Positions 25,081-38,200 of a DNA stretch of 64,000 nt are shown here, in pieces. The notes below the pieces were generated by a model that saw only the letters and a list, made by a program, of their open reading frames with translations, had not been told where the DNA came from and ran no database searches. The position numbers were made by a program, and so were the translations under genes. Source of the DNA: Lama guanicoe (lineage: Eukaryota); contig MU054391.1 of NCBI GenBank assembly GCA_013239625.1, forward strand, positions 4,235,824-4,299,823, read 5' to 3'. Position 1 is the stretch's first letter; each line of letters begins with the position of its first letter.

Positions 25081-26879
25081 GAAGTGAATGTGGGTGCTAC
25101 AGATCGCTTAAGGCAGGCTCCCCACCGTGGCCTGGGGCTGCCTATTTGAGCCCTGGGGTGGCTTTTCAGTACCTCTCTGCCATTACTCTCACCTGAAACG
25201 TGAACACCATGTAACGGCTGCATTGCTCACTCTGAAATTTGTGCAACGCATAATAGCTTCATTGCTTGAGTTGTTAGAATTAGTCAAAGCTTTTTTTGCT
25301 TTCGGTGTAAGATGAAGGGAGAAAAATGTCTGGATCAAAACAAAAATAAAATAATAACGCTACAAAATAAATCATGCAGGTGGCGCGGCGTTTTGTTGAG
25401 TCTCAGTTTCTGACAGTAATATAAACTCTTCTTTTTGGGTGAGAAATTTCACCATCTTTCCTACCAAACTCTTTAAACCAGGAGCGGCTTTAAGCGAACT
25501 CTATAGGTAAATGTCTCTGATTCCTTTCCTTCAGTTAGAAAAGATGACTTGAAAGCTGTAAACCTAATTAAAATGATGGCACAGTTGCAGGTTTGATGTG
25601 TGGACAGGTTTTAACACATCCTTCCACATTTTTTTCCTGACGCAATTGGTTCCCAGGATGGCCATAAACAAAGACTAGTCTGATGTTAGATCATCTCTTT
25701 ATAGTATTATGCAGTTTTTATCGGAATGAAAGGTTTCAAAAGGGGGAGCTAGTTAGCTAATTGATTACAGATCGTGGCTGAAATCTTGCAGGAAGGAGGC
25801 ACTTTCGGGGCTTAAGGGAAGCCCTAAGAAAGCAGTGCCCCTACATCCCGTCTCTCCCCCTGCCTTCCCTGTTGAGCAGGCTGGTAGCTGAAGGCCTCAC
25901 GCAGGCCCAGCCTGGTAGGTAACAAGCAAACAGTAGATAGGATTTTTAACCACGCGTCTCACAGAAATGAAACTACAAAAACCGAAAGAGTCTCCCTAGT
26001 ACCCTAAGTGATGCGATGTGGAGCCGCTGAGGTTGCAAGTGCACAAATGAGGTCTGTGTTGACAGCCTTTGGCCCTGTTGAGCAAAGCCATCAGTAATTT
26101 GACAAAATCAACTGCAAGACCAAACCTCTAACACCCCACTGAAGAGCATCTCACGGCTGCTACCGGGAGGGAGTCGGAAAAATGGATTTACACACACAAC
26201 CGCTAGATTCATTTGTGCTAAGAGGGGCGTGTGGCCAAGTTAGGTTCTTCCTTTTTCTCTCCTTGTCTCCGTTCCTTTCCCTGCCCCAACCCATTCCTTA
26301 AACCACCTTATAGTCTCACTTCCTCCCTCTTCTGTCTGCATTTTTTTTTATTTTGCACCATGGTTGCTTCTGTGGTTTTTCTGTTCACTTTGTCATTTTT
26401 CTCACTTGTTTAGAAAATAGCTTCCCACCCACGCTCACACCTGTGCAAGGGGCCCGCCCTGAGGCTCGGCGGGGGCAGGACGGGCTCTGAGCAAACATTC
26501 CAGAGAGGGTGCTCGCAGACGGCAGGGGAGCGTGTGCGTGTGCCAGGGCGCAGGCCAGTGCGCCAGGTGAGGAGGGCCACTAGCAACTTGCTTATAGCGT
26601 GTCGATCAAGATAGATACCCCCCCCCAGCACATCCAACAGAAACAAGCATTTCACACGATCCGCACTGTGCACGGGGTGGGGGGAGGGGGGGAGACACGC
26701 TTGTATTTCTGTGTATAAACGCGTGAACTCTTTACGGAGCATCATACAGCTCATATTTCCTCACCTGACCTAGAGGAGGGAATAAAATAGAATAGTCACG
26801 CACTTCACATAGACCCCCTTCTGCCAGGCTGCTCTCCTAACAAAGGGGGGGGGATGGGGTGTGACAGTGCATGTCTCGG

Positions 26880-27080
26880 CGTGGCAGAGCCAAGAGCTAA
26901 GACACAGAGTCTGAATGAGCCCGATTTGAAGCCAGGCAGCACCACTTCCTCACCATGGTGCCCTTGGGCGCGCTCCTTAAACTTTCCATGACTCAGTTGC
27001 CTCATCTCTGAAACAAGGGTGAAATCCTTTGCATTATGTTGTGGGTTGAGATATTATGTAAATGGTAGTCATTACTGTAC
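26880..27080 (+). mobile_element. MIR SINE
   Basis: ccttgggcgcgctccttaaactttccatgactcagttgcctcatctctgaaacaaggg. Confidence 0.75.
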
Positions 27081-27589
27081 ACGTGTTAAGTGTGCACTGT
27101 GTCATATAAACATACTATTTGTTGAGATGTTTCAAAGGCACGCTGTCTTGGATCCCTAAGCCACCAGGGCCGTCCCTTGCAATCCTCCAAGGGTCCTTTT
27201 CTAACACTGCGACACCAGGGAGGTTGGTTAATGCGGTGGGGCTGTGCTGGGCCGGGCAGGACACGCGGTGTGGACTGCTGCACACCCCTGACTCTCGGGC
27301 TCCCACTGGAGATTCATTGCAAAATACTTACTGAGAACCGTTCATAAGTCAGAAGCTAGAGAATGATGTGCTCGTGGGCAAGAAATGAGAAGAAAGGTAG
27401 AAAACGTAAGTTGGGGTCCAATCTCGGGAGCAAGCACGGCGGCTTAGAGGGCAGAGAGGGGCGTAAGGGCGTGGGCCCTGTTAGCTGATGCCGGGGGCGC
27501 CTGCTGGATCTCTGTCTTCATGTGTTCATACTTGGACCAGAGTCACCACAGCTCCAGACGCAGAATTTAGAGCAAAAAAGACTTAAGAT

Positions 27590-27755
27590 GAAGCGCTCAC
27601 TGAGCTTGCTGCTCACTTATTGAGCCCGATTCTTTATCTGTAAAATGGCAATTAGATGCATCGTGTTTTCTAAGGGAGGTGGCAAAAGTTAAGGGTATGA
27701 ACCACCTGCCACCATGCCCGACACAACGTGGTGCTCAGTAAACGTTAGTTCCCTT
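27590..27755 (+). mobile_element. MIR SINE
   Basis: ctttatctgtaaaatggcaa...ccatgcccgacacaacgtggtgctcagtaaacgttagt. Confidence 0.7.
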
Positions 27756-27939
27756 CTTACTCTCCATCCTTCTCCTTACCTTTTTCCCTCTCTTTCCTTC
27801 CCCTCCATCTTCTCGTAGCCCTGGACCATCCTAAGCCAGAGACCTGGGGGAATTATCCTCATTGGGTTTCCTGTGCTGGGTCTGAGCACGATGGCTGCCA
27901 TGGGGAAGTGGCTGCGTCATTTAAGCTCATGCAGAATGT

Positions 27940-28386
27940 GTGTGTGTAGGGGGTGGGGCAGTTCATGGACTTTATGATGTACCCAACGGTCCGTCAATGA
28001 AGAACTGGCTGCTCCCGGGGCTGGAGATGTTCGTGCACAGACCTTCAGAGGTCGCCTTGGCTACAGAGAGCTGGTTCAAGATCATGCCTCCTCTGGGGAG
28101 ATCTACATGCATGGCTGGTCCACGGGGTTGGGGATGAGGGCAAGTAATAAAACTCTAGCCATCCCAACCCACCTCAGGGACTCTTCTGAAGGGACAGTTT
28201 AGTTTGTAAGCTTCCCATTGAGAAGCTGAGGCTCTCTGGGCGTTCACTGACGCTGGGTTCTCCTTCTGCCTTCCGCTTCCTTCCTCTCCTTTCCATAGGT
28301 GTTGAGCACAAGACATTCCCCTATAAACCTCCTTCATGCTAAAGTGTCATCTCAGAGTTAATTTCCCCAGAACCCAACCTGCAACA
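27940..28386 (+). mobile_element. ERVL LTR16A-like LTR
   Basis: The 3' end ctataaacctccttcatgctaaagtgtcatctcagagttaatttccccagaacccaacctgcaaca matches the LTR16 terminus. The 5' boundary is uncertain. Confidence 0.75.
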
Positions 28387-29139
28387 GGGCATGCCAGGGA
28401 CTCAGCCCCTCTGCACCTCTTGACTCTTAAGCTTGCATAGTTATAATAGAGAAATATATGCAGAGAGTGATAGCTCAGTTTGAGAATTCTGTACGCACTA
28501 TGTGGAGATGGACTGTTACACAAAGAATTTCTTCCAGCAGACGTCCTGGTGCACTATGAGGCTAAGAGAGGACACTGAAGCTGTCCTGCGGGGTGGCTGT
28601 CACATGCAGGTGTCTAGTATAATGATAGACTTTAGTACAAGACTGATTCCTGCCAGTGACGGGGATTGGCTCAGGTGATGGAGATGAGGACTTTGGGGTC
28701 CACATGCCCCTTTCAGCTCTATCTGGAGGACAAGGACCAGGGGCTTCAGCCTACCTGCTTTTAGGATTATTAATCCTTGGTTTTGACAGGTTCTCAAGGA
28801 CAGAACAAAGAAAAGATGATGAGGGTGAGGCTGAGAGTCCAAAGTGGATCTCTATAAATAGAAGAGGGTCAAAGCCCATTTTGAAGATGGACTAAAAATT
28901 AGTTGAGAAATCACCAGGGAGGTGCCTCTGAGGACGCTGGAGGAGAAATCTACCCACTACCTCCTTACCATTAAAACGAGGTCCTGGGAGCAATGGGCTC
29001 TGTGCTTAAAACTGAAAAGTTACATGGCTGTATTCTTTGTCTGGGAGAGACATGAAGGGTATAGGGGACAGTGATTGTCACCTTTCTGCACTCAGCCCGG
29101 TTTGCACAGTGAAGGTGGCGGTCATGTCTATCGCGCTCT

Positions 29140-29345
29140 CTCCACGTGCCAGGCAACGTGTTAGGTGAGGCAGCCCTGACCACAGTCTAAGAAGGAGACA
29201 GCAGGATCCCCATTTTACAGATGAGAGGACAGAGGCTTAGCGAGATTGGATGACTTGTCCAAAGGCCCATGATGAGGAAGCGGCATCGTTGTGACATCCT
29301 ACCAGTCTATCTGGGTCTTACTCTCTTAACTTCCATGATGCAGTG
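29140..29345 (-). mobile_element. MIR SINE
   Basis: atccccattttacagatgagaggacagaggcttagcgagattggatgacttgtccaaagg. Confidence 0.85.
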
Positions 29346-30569
29346 GCTGTCAGTCTTAACAGCGCCCACTACACAGGGTGCCGGCGAGGACCGCAGATAA
29401 CACGTAAGGCAACCCGCGGTGCTTGGCACAGAGAAAGTGCCCAGAAAGGGGCTGCTGTTGAGCATTCCTTCTGTCTCTGGGGAAGCTTCATTAGAGAACG
29501 CTGTTTAGCCAATTTGATTGGCCTGGTTTGGGGGATGACTTTGAGAAACGGGTGGTGCCCTTACAGGCGTAAATCCAGTAAACTGCAAATCAGGAGGACA
29601 GAAAGAAACACTTGGGTCCCCAGTGTGGAACTGTGTAAAGGCTAAATCTCCACAGAGCCACAGAGCTCCCACAAACACTAACAAGAGCGGCTCACGTGTG
29701 GGTGTGCCACGTCACCCTCCAGAGGAAAGAGGAGACCGGCTGTTCCAGACCACTAAGTCCTCACAGCTGAGCCCTCCCTGGGAACGAGCCAGGGGGATGA
29801 GAAGACTCTGCCATCTTGGTGAAATGAACATTACATCACTCCACAGCCCTGCCAAGGATACAGACCCAAGATGTGTGAATGCATCCAGATAGCCTCTGCT
29901 AATATCTACCCAATGAACTAAAATGAAACTAAGAAAGGAATGGTCATTACAAGTTACTTTTACTCCAAAATACACATTTTAAAGGCTTACTGCTTTTGCC
30001 AGCATTGCTTCCACCGAGCCCCTATTTAGCTATATTGTTTACGATGTAAGCACTGATTAATTTACGATTTTTTTTTGTCTTTGACTCGTAATTGCTCTAT
30101 GGGAGGCACACTTTTAGAAAAGGCAACGTTAACTAAATAGGATAGGTGCAATAATAATAAATAATAATAAATAACAATAAACTCACTGAAAATGGGTTTT
30201 CCTATTTGCTCAGTGAATGGCCTTCGGTTTCTCTAAATTAGATGGAATAATGTCTATGATTTGGGGGAGTGTTTAAAGAAATCAAAGCCAGAAATGAGGG
30301 TGCTCTTTTTGCTTCGATCCAAACATTCCTCACTGCTTTCCTGTCTTCCCTTTTTATCACTAAACTCAACCTGAGTTTTAGAAACTGTCTTCCCTAAAAG
30401 ACAAGGAAGAAAGATGATTTCCACGTGTCTTGCTTGTACTGAATGTGTACCGTGCAGCATTTCACTGCGGAAACAGAAGAAGCAACACCCGAGCCCTTTC
30501 CCTCAGTAACTCTCAGGGCAGGAGGCTTACAGTGGGAAGAGAAGCAATGAAGTTGCCCTCTAGGTGGTA

Positions 30570-30725
30570 CCCGTGTGAGCATGTGCAGCCTGGCTGTTGT
30601 TTAATTCCCATTTTATGGATGAGAAAGTTGAGGTTTGCACAAGATAAGAAACAGCCCTGGGTCCCACAGTTAGCAACCGCCAGGGAGAGAACCTCAGACC
30701 AAGGCAGTCTGCTTGCAAAGTTCAC
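30570..30725 (-). mobile_element. MIR SINE
   Basis: attcccattttatggatgagaaagttgaggtttgcacaagataagaaacagccctgggtcccacagttag. Confidence 0.8.
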
Positions 30726-31678
30726 AGTTGTCCTACCTCGTCTGCAAGCTTTTGTCATCTGGGGATGAACAGCAGAGACACCTGGCTCTTTGCATGTGGG
30801 AGCAGCACCATTCCTGGGTCCGGCATGAGTGCAGTTTGAGTAAGACATTTTGATTTTCTGTCGTTGCATGTTTTTAAACCATTAGTGTTACTGTACCATC
30901 AGCCTTTCTGAAGATAAGAAAGCATTTCCATCCTGGACTTTCAATTCCTAACATTTAAATTTTCTACCAAGGCATCATTCCTGGGATTGAGATTTCTCAA
31001 TTATTCTCCACACAGGGGAGACTTTTTTTAGTGGAAAGCAGTGAAGTTCATGGCTCTTCCTGAAGTCTCCAAGCAATAAAAACCACGCTGACCACTACCC
31101 AGACGTGTTTTGAGACATTCTTAATGCACTTGGAAAACGCACAGGTGACTGTCATCTGCCAGCCCAGTCTGGCCGCGGATGTCTTTCCCTGTGAGCAGGT
31201 CTGGACCAAAGGGAAACAAGAGAAGCGGGGGTTACACTACCGAGGGCCAGAGCTGAGCGACGGAGCCTCCAAGGCACTGCCTGGTGGACACACATCTCTG
31301 CCTTGGACTAGCCCTTCTACGAGCGTCCCTGACTTAATGTCTTTACTCCAGGCCCCGCATCTGTAGTATCAGTAACAGTCCAGGCCTTACAAGTCTGTGG
31401 TGAGGATTAAATGAGATGCAGTGGTGAGTGCTGGCGCCCTCCTAGGACGTTAGCAGCCACCGTTACGGCTGGGAAACAGGTTCCTCTCATCACTCGGCAC
31501 CGTGCAAATCAAGGCCAAGCAGGATCATCTAAAAAGAACAGGGTATATCAACCTGATTCTTCTTGCCACGTGAATAATTGGACCATGATTTCACTTTTAA
31601 GGAAGGGCAGAGTGTCGTTTCAGAAAAGAATTAAATGCTATTGATCTGCTTTACCAAAGTTTCCCACCTGGAAACGGT

Positions 31679-31841
31679 GTGATGTGGGGGTGGGGGGTGG
31701 CCTGTGAAGGGGGTGGGGTCTGTCTTGATTGGCAGCTCTGTCGCCCAGTAGCCGTGGAAAGAGAGTGGTGTGGGGGCGTGGTGTGGCCTGTGAAGGGGTG
31801 GGGCCTAGCTTGACTGACAGCTCTGTCGCCCAGTAGCTGTG
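31679..31841. repeat. Imperfect tandem duplication, two units of about 85 bp
   Basis: gtggcctgtgaaggg(g)gtggg...cttga(t/c)tg(g/a)cagctctgtcgcccagtagc occurs twice with an 85-bp period. Confidence 0.9.
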
Positions 31842-32354
31842 CCGCCCCACGCAAGTCACTCGGTCCGCCTGCAGTTCAGCGCGCTATGTGTGGGGTCTGT
31901 ACTAACAGCCACCTTGCAAGATTATTGTTGTGACTAAGCAGGATAAAAGGTGCGGAGTTATTTGTAAAGTGAAATGTCCTAAAATTGGACTGAACAGAAT
32001 TCACAACACAGATTTTAGTCATCTACTGGGAATTCAACTGATTAAAACATGCACAGCTAACAGTTGCATCGAATTTTATATTTTACTCAGTACTTCGAAG
32101 TATGGTATCATATTTAACCTTCCTAACGTGTCTGAAAATAAGCAGGTGACATATTGCTTTGTAATTATTGTTGTTGTTAGTATTATTGGTCTCAATTACA
32201 CAATGAATAGCAAGACCTCTCAGGTAACAAGTGCAAGAACATACTATTCAGTCTTCCGATTGTTTTCAATGTAATAACAATTCAGCGATGTAAATAAATA
32301 AATAAAATATATGTAACGCTAATGAGGCAACGGTGAGTCTAAAAGCTTAACCCA

Positions 32355-32878
32355 GACACACAGAACTCACTCAGGTGGCTGTACTCGTGGTCACAGTTTA
32401 GTGCAGTGAGAGGCTACAGCTCCCACATCAGCCAGTGGGAGCAGTGGGAAGAAGCGGACAGGGCAGAAGCCAGGGGAGCTCCAAGCACGGAGTGGCCAGC
32501 CGTCCCTCCCGGCAGGGCTGCGGGCAGCCGTGCGTGTCAGCAATGGGATGCGGTAACATGCACAGAGCATGGCCCTCCAGGGAGGCTCAGCCAGGCCTTG
32601 CTGGCCAGGGTGTTTGTTGGCCCCAATCATGTAAACCTGGTTGTCTGCCCACGTGACTGACCTTGGTCTCCAGCCACTTCACAGGCTGAGCTGACACAGT
32701 GCGACCCAAAGCCTCCACCCTAAGCCTCTCTGGTTATAAGCCAAGGACCCCCCCACCCCACCAGGCAGCAGAAACACTCCTATCAGTTGTGACCTTCCAG
32801 GGCTCAGAACTCACCCCCCAGGAGCCAAGGGCAAATGGCAGACTTCACTTTGGGAAGGTAAGCCCTTTGCTATAGCAT
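32355..32878 (-). mobile_element. MER21 (C-type) LTR
   Basis: cacagaactc...tactcgtggtcacagtttagtgcagtgagaggctacag...cagggaggctcagccaggccttgctggccagggtgtttgttgg...acactcctatcag...ggagccaagggcaaatggcagac...ggtaagccctttgctatagca. Confidence 0.85.
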
Positions 32879-33364
32879 TGTAGTGCACCCAGATGGGCGG
32901 GGACGGCCTTTTGTCAGATGGGAACGCCACTTGCTTCCTAAATATTCCTCATGACTTGAATGTAACCAGAGCCTCCTCTGCTCCCTTGTACTTGGGACCT
33001 GAGTCGCAGCCAAGGTATTGCAGAGTTTTAACCCTCCTGCTCCTGTTGGTCTTGGTCCTAAGAATCCAGCTGTATCTCATTCCAGAGAATGTCTATCTCA
33101 TGCTTTCCCTTTATTTGCTGATTTTGTTGTCCCTATTTTGTGATGTAAGGAAAAGAGGGTGGCTTTTTGAAATGATGCTTCTTTAAGAGATCTGCGTGGT
33201 GTTTTATAACAAGAAAAAGATCTGATGATAAACAAGTTAAGTCAGCCGTAGATGTCTATTTCTTGGCCCTTTCATTATTTGCTTCCTTTATTTAATTTTT
33301 TGTACACAAAGCTCCAACTTTGTTAATGATTGAAAATGGTTTACTTAAGGGGAAGTTTCTATTT

Positions 33365-33880
33365 TAATTCAACAAGTGAGTGTTTGTAAGTGCCTTCTAT
33401 GTGCCAGGCATGGGATTAGTCATCCCATGCATCATCAGTTGGACCAATTCTCTCTCCTCAAATAGATTACAAGGTATGAAGGAGGTCCATGTGCCACAGT
33501 GTAGAGTGCTGTGATAGAGGTGTGCGCTCGGTGCGGTTTTAGCCCATAAGAGGGAGGAACTGGTCCTATGTGTGCAAGTCAGGAAAGGTGCACAGAGCAG
33601 GGGAATCCTGACTTAAGTTTTAAATGATGAGAAATTGCCTCTTTGCAAATGAGGACCCGTGGATCTGTGGACAAACAGCCTGACCCATGCAAGCAGGTAG
33701 TTCAGCGGGACCTGTGTATAGAAGACGAGAGAAGGCACCAGGGAACGAGGCCGAGAAGGTGCCATGGCAGCCCATGGGGGTTCACGAATATCCACTGAAA
33801 TGATGCGGGTACATGTTGTGGGTACAGAAGAGCCAGTTATAGGTTTGTGTGGGGCAGGACTGTGATCACATTGCTATCTC
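33365..33880 (-). mobile_element. L2 LINE 3' portion
   Basis: attcaacaagtgagtgtttgtaagtgccttctatgtgccaggca...agtcaggaaagg...gtggggcaggactgtgatcacatt. Confidence 0.7.
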
Positions 33881-35149
33881 ATGTTTGAAACAAAAGGCAA
33901 CCATATCAGATGAGCACCAGAGTTATCTTCTTAAAATCAAACTTATTTTTTTTTAACTAACATCCACTTATCATTTCAGTATCTCTGAGTTAGGCTACAG
34001 GTATCGAAAAAAGCAATAAAATGGAACCCATTGTCTTAGGGGCCTTCCTTCCCACATCTTGAAGGATCTGATAAGGGAAGAGGGACAGGTTGCCCAGTAA
34101 CTTGATTTGTTGGCATAAAGCCCATCGCTGACCTCTGCCAGCAGCCATGAGGAAAATCACCTTGTTTTCTAACGAGAACCCACCACTTCCTGCTCGCAGC
34201 ACAGGCACCGTGAGTAATGGCCTTCCAGCTGCATCTGGGGCACAGCCAGTGCTCCCAGGCTGCAGCCAGTTCTCTAGCTGCTGGTGGCATTTCTCGCCAC
34301 CCAGGTGGTGTCACCTTAACTTGGACGTGGTTCCCAGATCCCAGAGACAGAAGAAGCCATGCAGCCTGTGGTGGGTGGGATCGGCCCCACAACCAGACCT
34401 CCTCCGGGAACAGGTCACCCACCTGGGACCCCAAGAGCCCAGCGTTTCCGCAGAATCACAGCGCAGACATCCTCAGGACAGTAAGCCTCGCAGGGATTAA
34501 TGACTGTTCGGGAAAACCGCAGTTACAGAGTCCGTGTCTGCCCGTCGCACTGTTCCACCCCCGTGCGGGCTGGCGGTGACCTGCACGGGCCTGCTGTTGT
34601 GTCTGGGACGGCATTAAACTTTTATCTAACTAACTTTCGGTTTTGTCTAATTTTTAACCCAAATGTCATAAAGGTACATTTTTAAGCCAGTTGTGAACTA
34701 TGAAAAACCTTACAGAATACTAATGCCATCCCATTTAGTTTCTTTCTCCACGTCACCTCCCTGGTTCCAAAACGGAGACAAAAAAATAAAGTTTAATATG
34801 AGAGGACATTGTCCTTCGTCTTGATCTGTCTAGAGCCCAAGTTTCAAAACTCCCTCTGATTTCTGGACGTTTCACTTACTTCTTCATCTGTCGGTCTGCT
34901 TGGGAAAACCATGATTTGCTTATCGGATGATGTCAGAAAACGGGTAACGCCCGTCCTTTCACCAGCCACTAACCAAAACGACGGTAGCAAAAAGTGCAAA
35001 ACGGTCTCCCAGCGGCAGCGAAGACAGTGCAGCTTCACACCGGAAGGTGGAAACACCAGGACTCGCTCTGCCGATGAGCGGAGAGGACTTGGGGTGGGGT
35101 GTCCTCAATTCCGGCCGCAGCCCTGGCCCCTGTCGGGGAGTCAAAACAG

Positions 35150-35360
35150 AGTGAGCATCCACCATGCATCAAACGGGGCTTTAAACACCTTGTTTGAGGT
35201 AGCTGTCCTAAAAAATTGCAGCGTGAGCAAAGCCATCCCTCTTCTAAAGACAGGAAATCAGAGGCTCAGAGAGTTAAGGAACTTGCCCCAGATGGGGTTT
35301 TGGTGAGCGAGGATTTGAACTTACATACATCTGGCCCCAAAAGTCATAATTTTCCCCTGG
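35150..35360 (-). mobile_element. MIR SINE
   Basis: caggaaatcagaggctcagagagttaaggaacttgccccagatgg...gaggatttgaac. Confidence 0.8.
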
Positions 35361-35634
35361 CTGTTTTTTTCCTGCACCTCATTTCCAGGCAAAGACATTT
35401 GGTTCTGGCGACTCAGGGAACTCAGTCAGACCTATGGAGTTAATTGAAACAACAACAGTGACAACTAAAGCAAATAAAAAACCAAGAAAACACAATTTAG
35501 TTTGATACCAAAACTCCCCAAACACCGTCACTTTCCTTATTTCGCAGGGAGGTTGAGACACAAGCAAAATGGCTTTTGGCTTTCTGAAGCTCCCAACAGG
35601 GGGGCGAAGACAGATACACACATAAATGACTCAA

Positions 35635-35790
35635 GTCAATTCATTCATTCATTCATTCATTCATTCATGCATACATGCGTCACTTATCTTTATACCGGGG
35701 GTTGCAGTAGGCAGTACAATAAAGGGACAGACCAAATCTACCCTGCAAGGGAGCTTGCAGAGTTGTGGAGAAGATACGGTCCCTACACTC
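35635..35790 (-). mobile_element. L2 3' end with expanded (TTCA)n tail
   Basis: (TTCA)n at about 35640-35666, followed by gggacagaccaaatctaccctgcaagggagcttgcagagt. Confidence 0.75.
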
Positions 35791-36519
35791 AGGAGAGGAG
35801 ACATATACTAAATAAAAGTAAGACAGATGTCACCTCGGTCACTGGTGTCTTGAATATCCAGAGACTCTGCCCAGCTTCCCATTTCATGTACTATAGAAAT
35901 TCCTTGGTTCGTCTCAAGGTCTCTGTAAATCCTTGGGGGTTCATAGTTCTCCTAACCACCTTTGGCTTCCATGTTTCATTTGGGTGCTTATTCTTTTACA
36001 TACCCTGAAAAACAATCGCAAATACATTGTACAGTCTTGACTGTCTGCAGAGGAAGGATGCCTCCCACAGAACTCCCCTGGGGCTGCCAGATGCAGCGGG
36101 GGCGCACCCTTCCCACAGCAACGGAGAAGCTTGCGCAGAGCAGCAGACTTCCCTGAGGGTGGACTCCCCCTCTCTGTTTCCCGCCAGCTCCAGCTTGGTC
36201 CTATGAATTACTCAGGACCTTTGCTCGTCTCTCTTCTTTCTTTCTTCTTTCTCTGCTCTCCCAGCTAGCACCACATTCCAGTTCATGATTTATAAAAGCC
36301 CCAATACATCTGTCTCTTTCTGGTCCCTTCAGTTCGTGTGCTTAGGGTCTTACCTGCTCTTCCTAGGTGTCTGATCAAAGTTTCTAAACAAAAAGCATTC
36401 TTCATCAAACATATCTAGCTAAAGAGCTAATACTATTTCTCACCCTAATGTGAAAAAAGAATGATACAGCTGATGGTAAATGGGACAGCTGATGCCGTGA
36501 GAGTTTTCCCAGGAGGAAT

Positions 36520-36830
36520 CAGAATAGGCACGGATCTGCAGAGGAAGCACACGAACACGCCAGCTAAGCTGGCTTCAGACAACGACGGTGACTTCTCGTT
36601 TGCCTCACAAGTCTGTTGTTGGTCCACAGGGGCCATTCAGTGGTCACCCAGACGTCCAGGCTGATGGAGGCTCTGACTCCACCTACAATCAGAAGAGCCG
36701 GGGTAAACAAGAGCGTGGCTTACTGGTTCTTGGAGCCACTACAGATCACTACCGTTGACCAATACAAAGCTCACCTTCACTCGGCCAGGCCTTTTTTCGG
36801 TGGGGAAAGAAGCATCCTCCACTCCAGAGG
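36520..36830 (-). mobile_element. Old MaLR LTR fragment (MLT1J/K/L-like)
   Basis: gtggtcacccagacgtccaggctgatggaggctc resembles the old MLT1 LTR body. Confidence 0.45.
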
Positions 36831-37999
36831 GACAGCAGATTGTGACAAGTGACAATATGATCTCTCACAATCTGCCATTTGGTCACAAACACTAATTTCA
36901 CTCCCCTCCTTGCTTGCAAATACACCCATCTTTCCCCAAAACAAAGACTTCCTCTTTCTCTGGAAATCTGTATACTGAAAAAAGAAAAACAAAACAAAAC
37001 AAAACGTTCGCTCCCTACAACCAACACAGCAGTGATGCAAGAGGGCAGCACAGCTTCAGTAAATCCTCTGAAGGTTCTGTTAAGCCCCTGTTCTGCTCGT
37101 TGGTCCATTGATCAACTTGTTCCATGGTCCCTCCCTCCTTTCGGTTATCCTATTTGGCCACATTTGAAGAGATCACTGTCTCTCTTTGGGACTCGGCAAA
37201 TATCTTAGTCCACTTCTTCCCTGCAAAATGTTGTAGGCCTACACCCCCACTTAAGTCTTAAGGATCACTCTGCTTCAGTTCAGACTAGTGGTGCTTTTGC
37301 CAATACGGCTCTCTGAAAGATGATGTCAGTCTTACGTCTACTTTATTTCAGTTGCCACACCCCAGATTACTTCTCAGACATGCATTTTTCCCTCTAGCCT
37401 GAATTGCTTGTACCTTGAGTCTAGCAGATTTCCATGGAAGAAGCAGGTCAATTCTTTCCAGCTGAACGATTTTACCCAACGGCAAGTAATTTAGTAAATT
37501 TTTATGTGGCTTAACAAAGAGTGTAATGATCCCCAGGGTTTGGTCCTTGTCACAAGACTGAGTTTTAATCAACCTATGAGGCTCAAAGCTGGAAGACTAA
37601 AAATCTGTTCCACAGGTCAATCCTTCAAGTTGTTGATTTATGGACTTCCCTTTTTTTTTTTAACTCCTGCGTGTAAACTTGACAGTTCTTTCCTGATAGC
37701 TCTCTTTCTCATAGACCTTCGTCGAACACAACCATTACGAACAAACTCATGCCACCAAAGTCTGAGCGCCCATTTTCTTGGCTAAAGCTATATATGATCT
37801 TACTAGGCATATATTTGCCTTTCAAGTTACCGTGCGTGGTAGTTTTACTGTTTCACTGTGACCTAAGATGGATAGCCAGCCTTACAAACCCCATTAAGAG
37901 CTTCCTTACTGCTCACTGCTCAGCTCTGAAGCCAGAACCACATGCTCTGCTCATCATAGCAATCAGAATCCCAGACTGATTGCATCTTTGGCACATGCT

Positions 38000-38200
38000 T
38001 TCAAGATCTCAGGGTGGAAAAGAAAGAGAATTTGGTGAATAAATCACTGTTAAAGCTTCCCCCTGGAAATGGCAAGTGTCTGTTCTATTCTCATTTCATT
38101 GGTCAACAAGAGTCACATGACTAAGCCATGCGCTAGTTTTATGGGGTTATGAAGGGTAGCACTCTCTTGAGGGGAAGTGGTAGATGTTTTTGAACACAGA
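38000..38200 (-). mobile_element. Old MaLR LTR fragment (MLT1J/K/L-like)
   Basis: ttaaagcttccccctggaaatggcaagtgtctgttctattctcatttcattggtcaacaagagtcacatgactaagcc. Confidence 0.65.
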
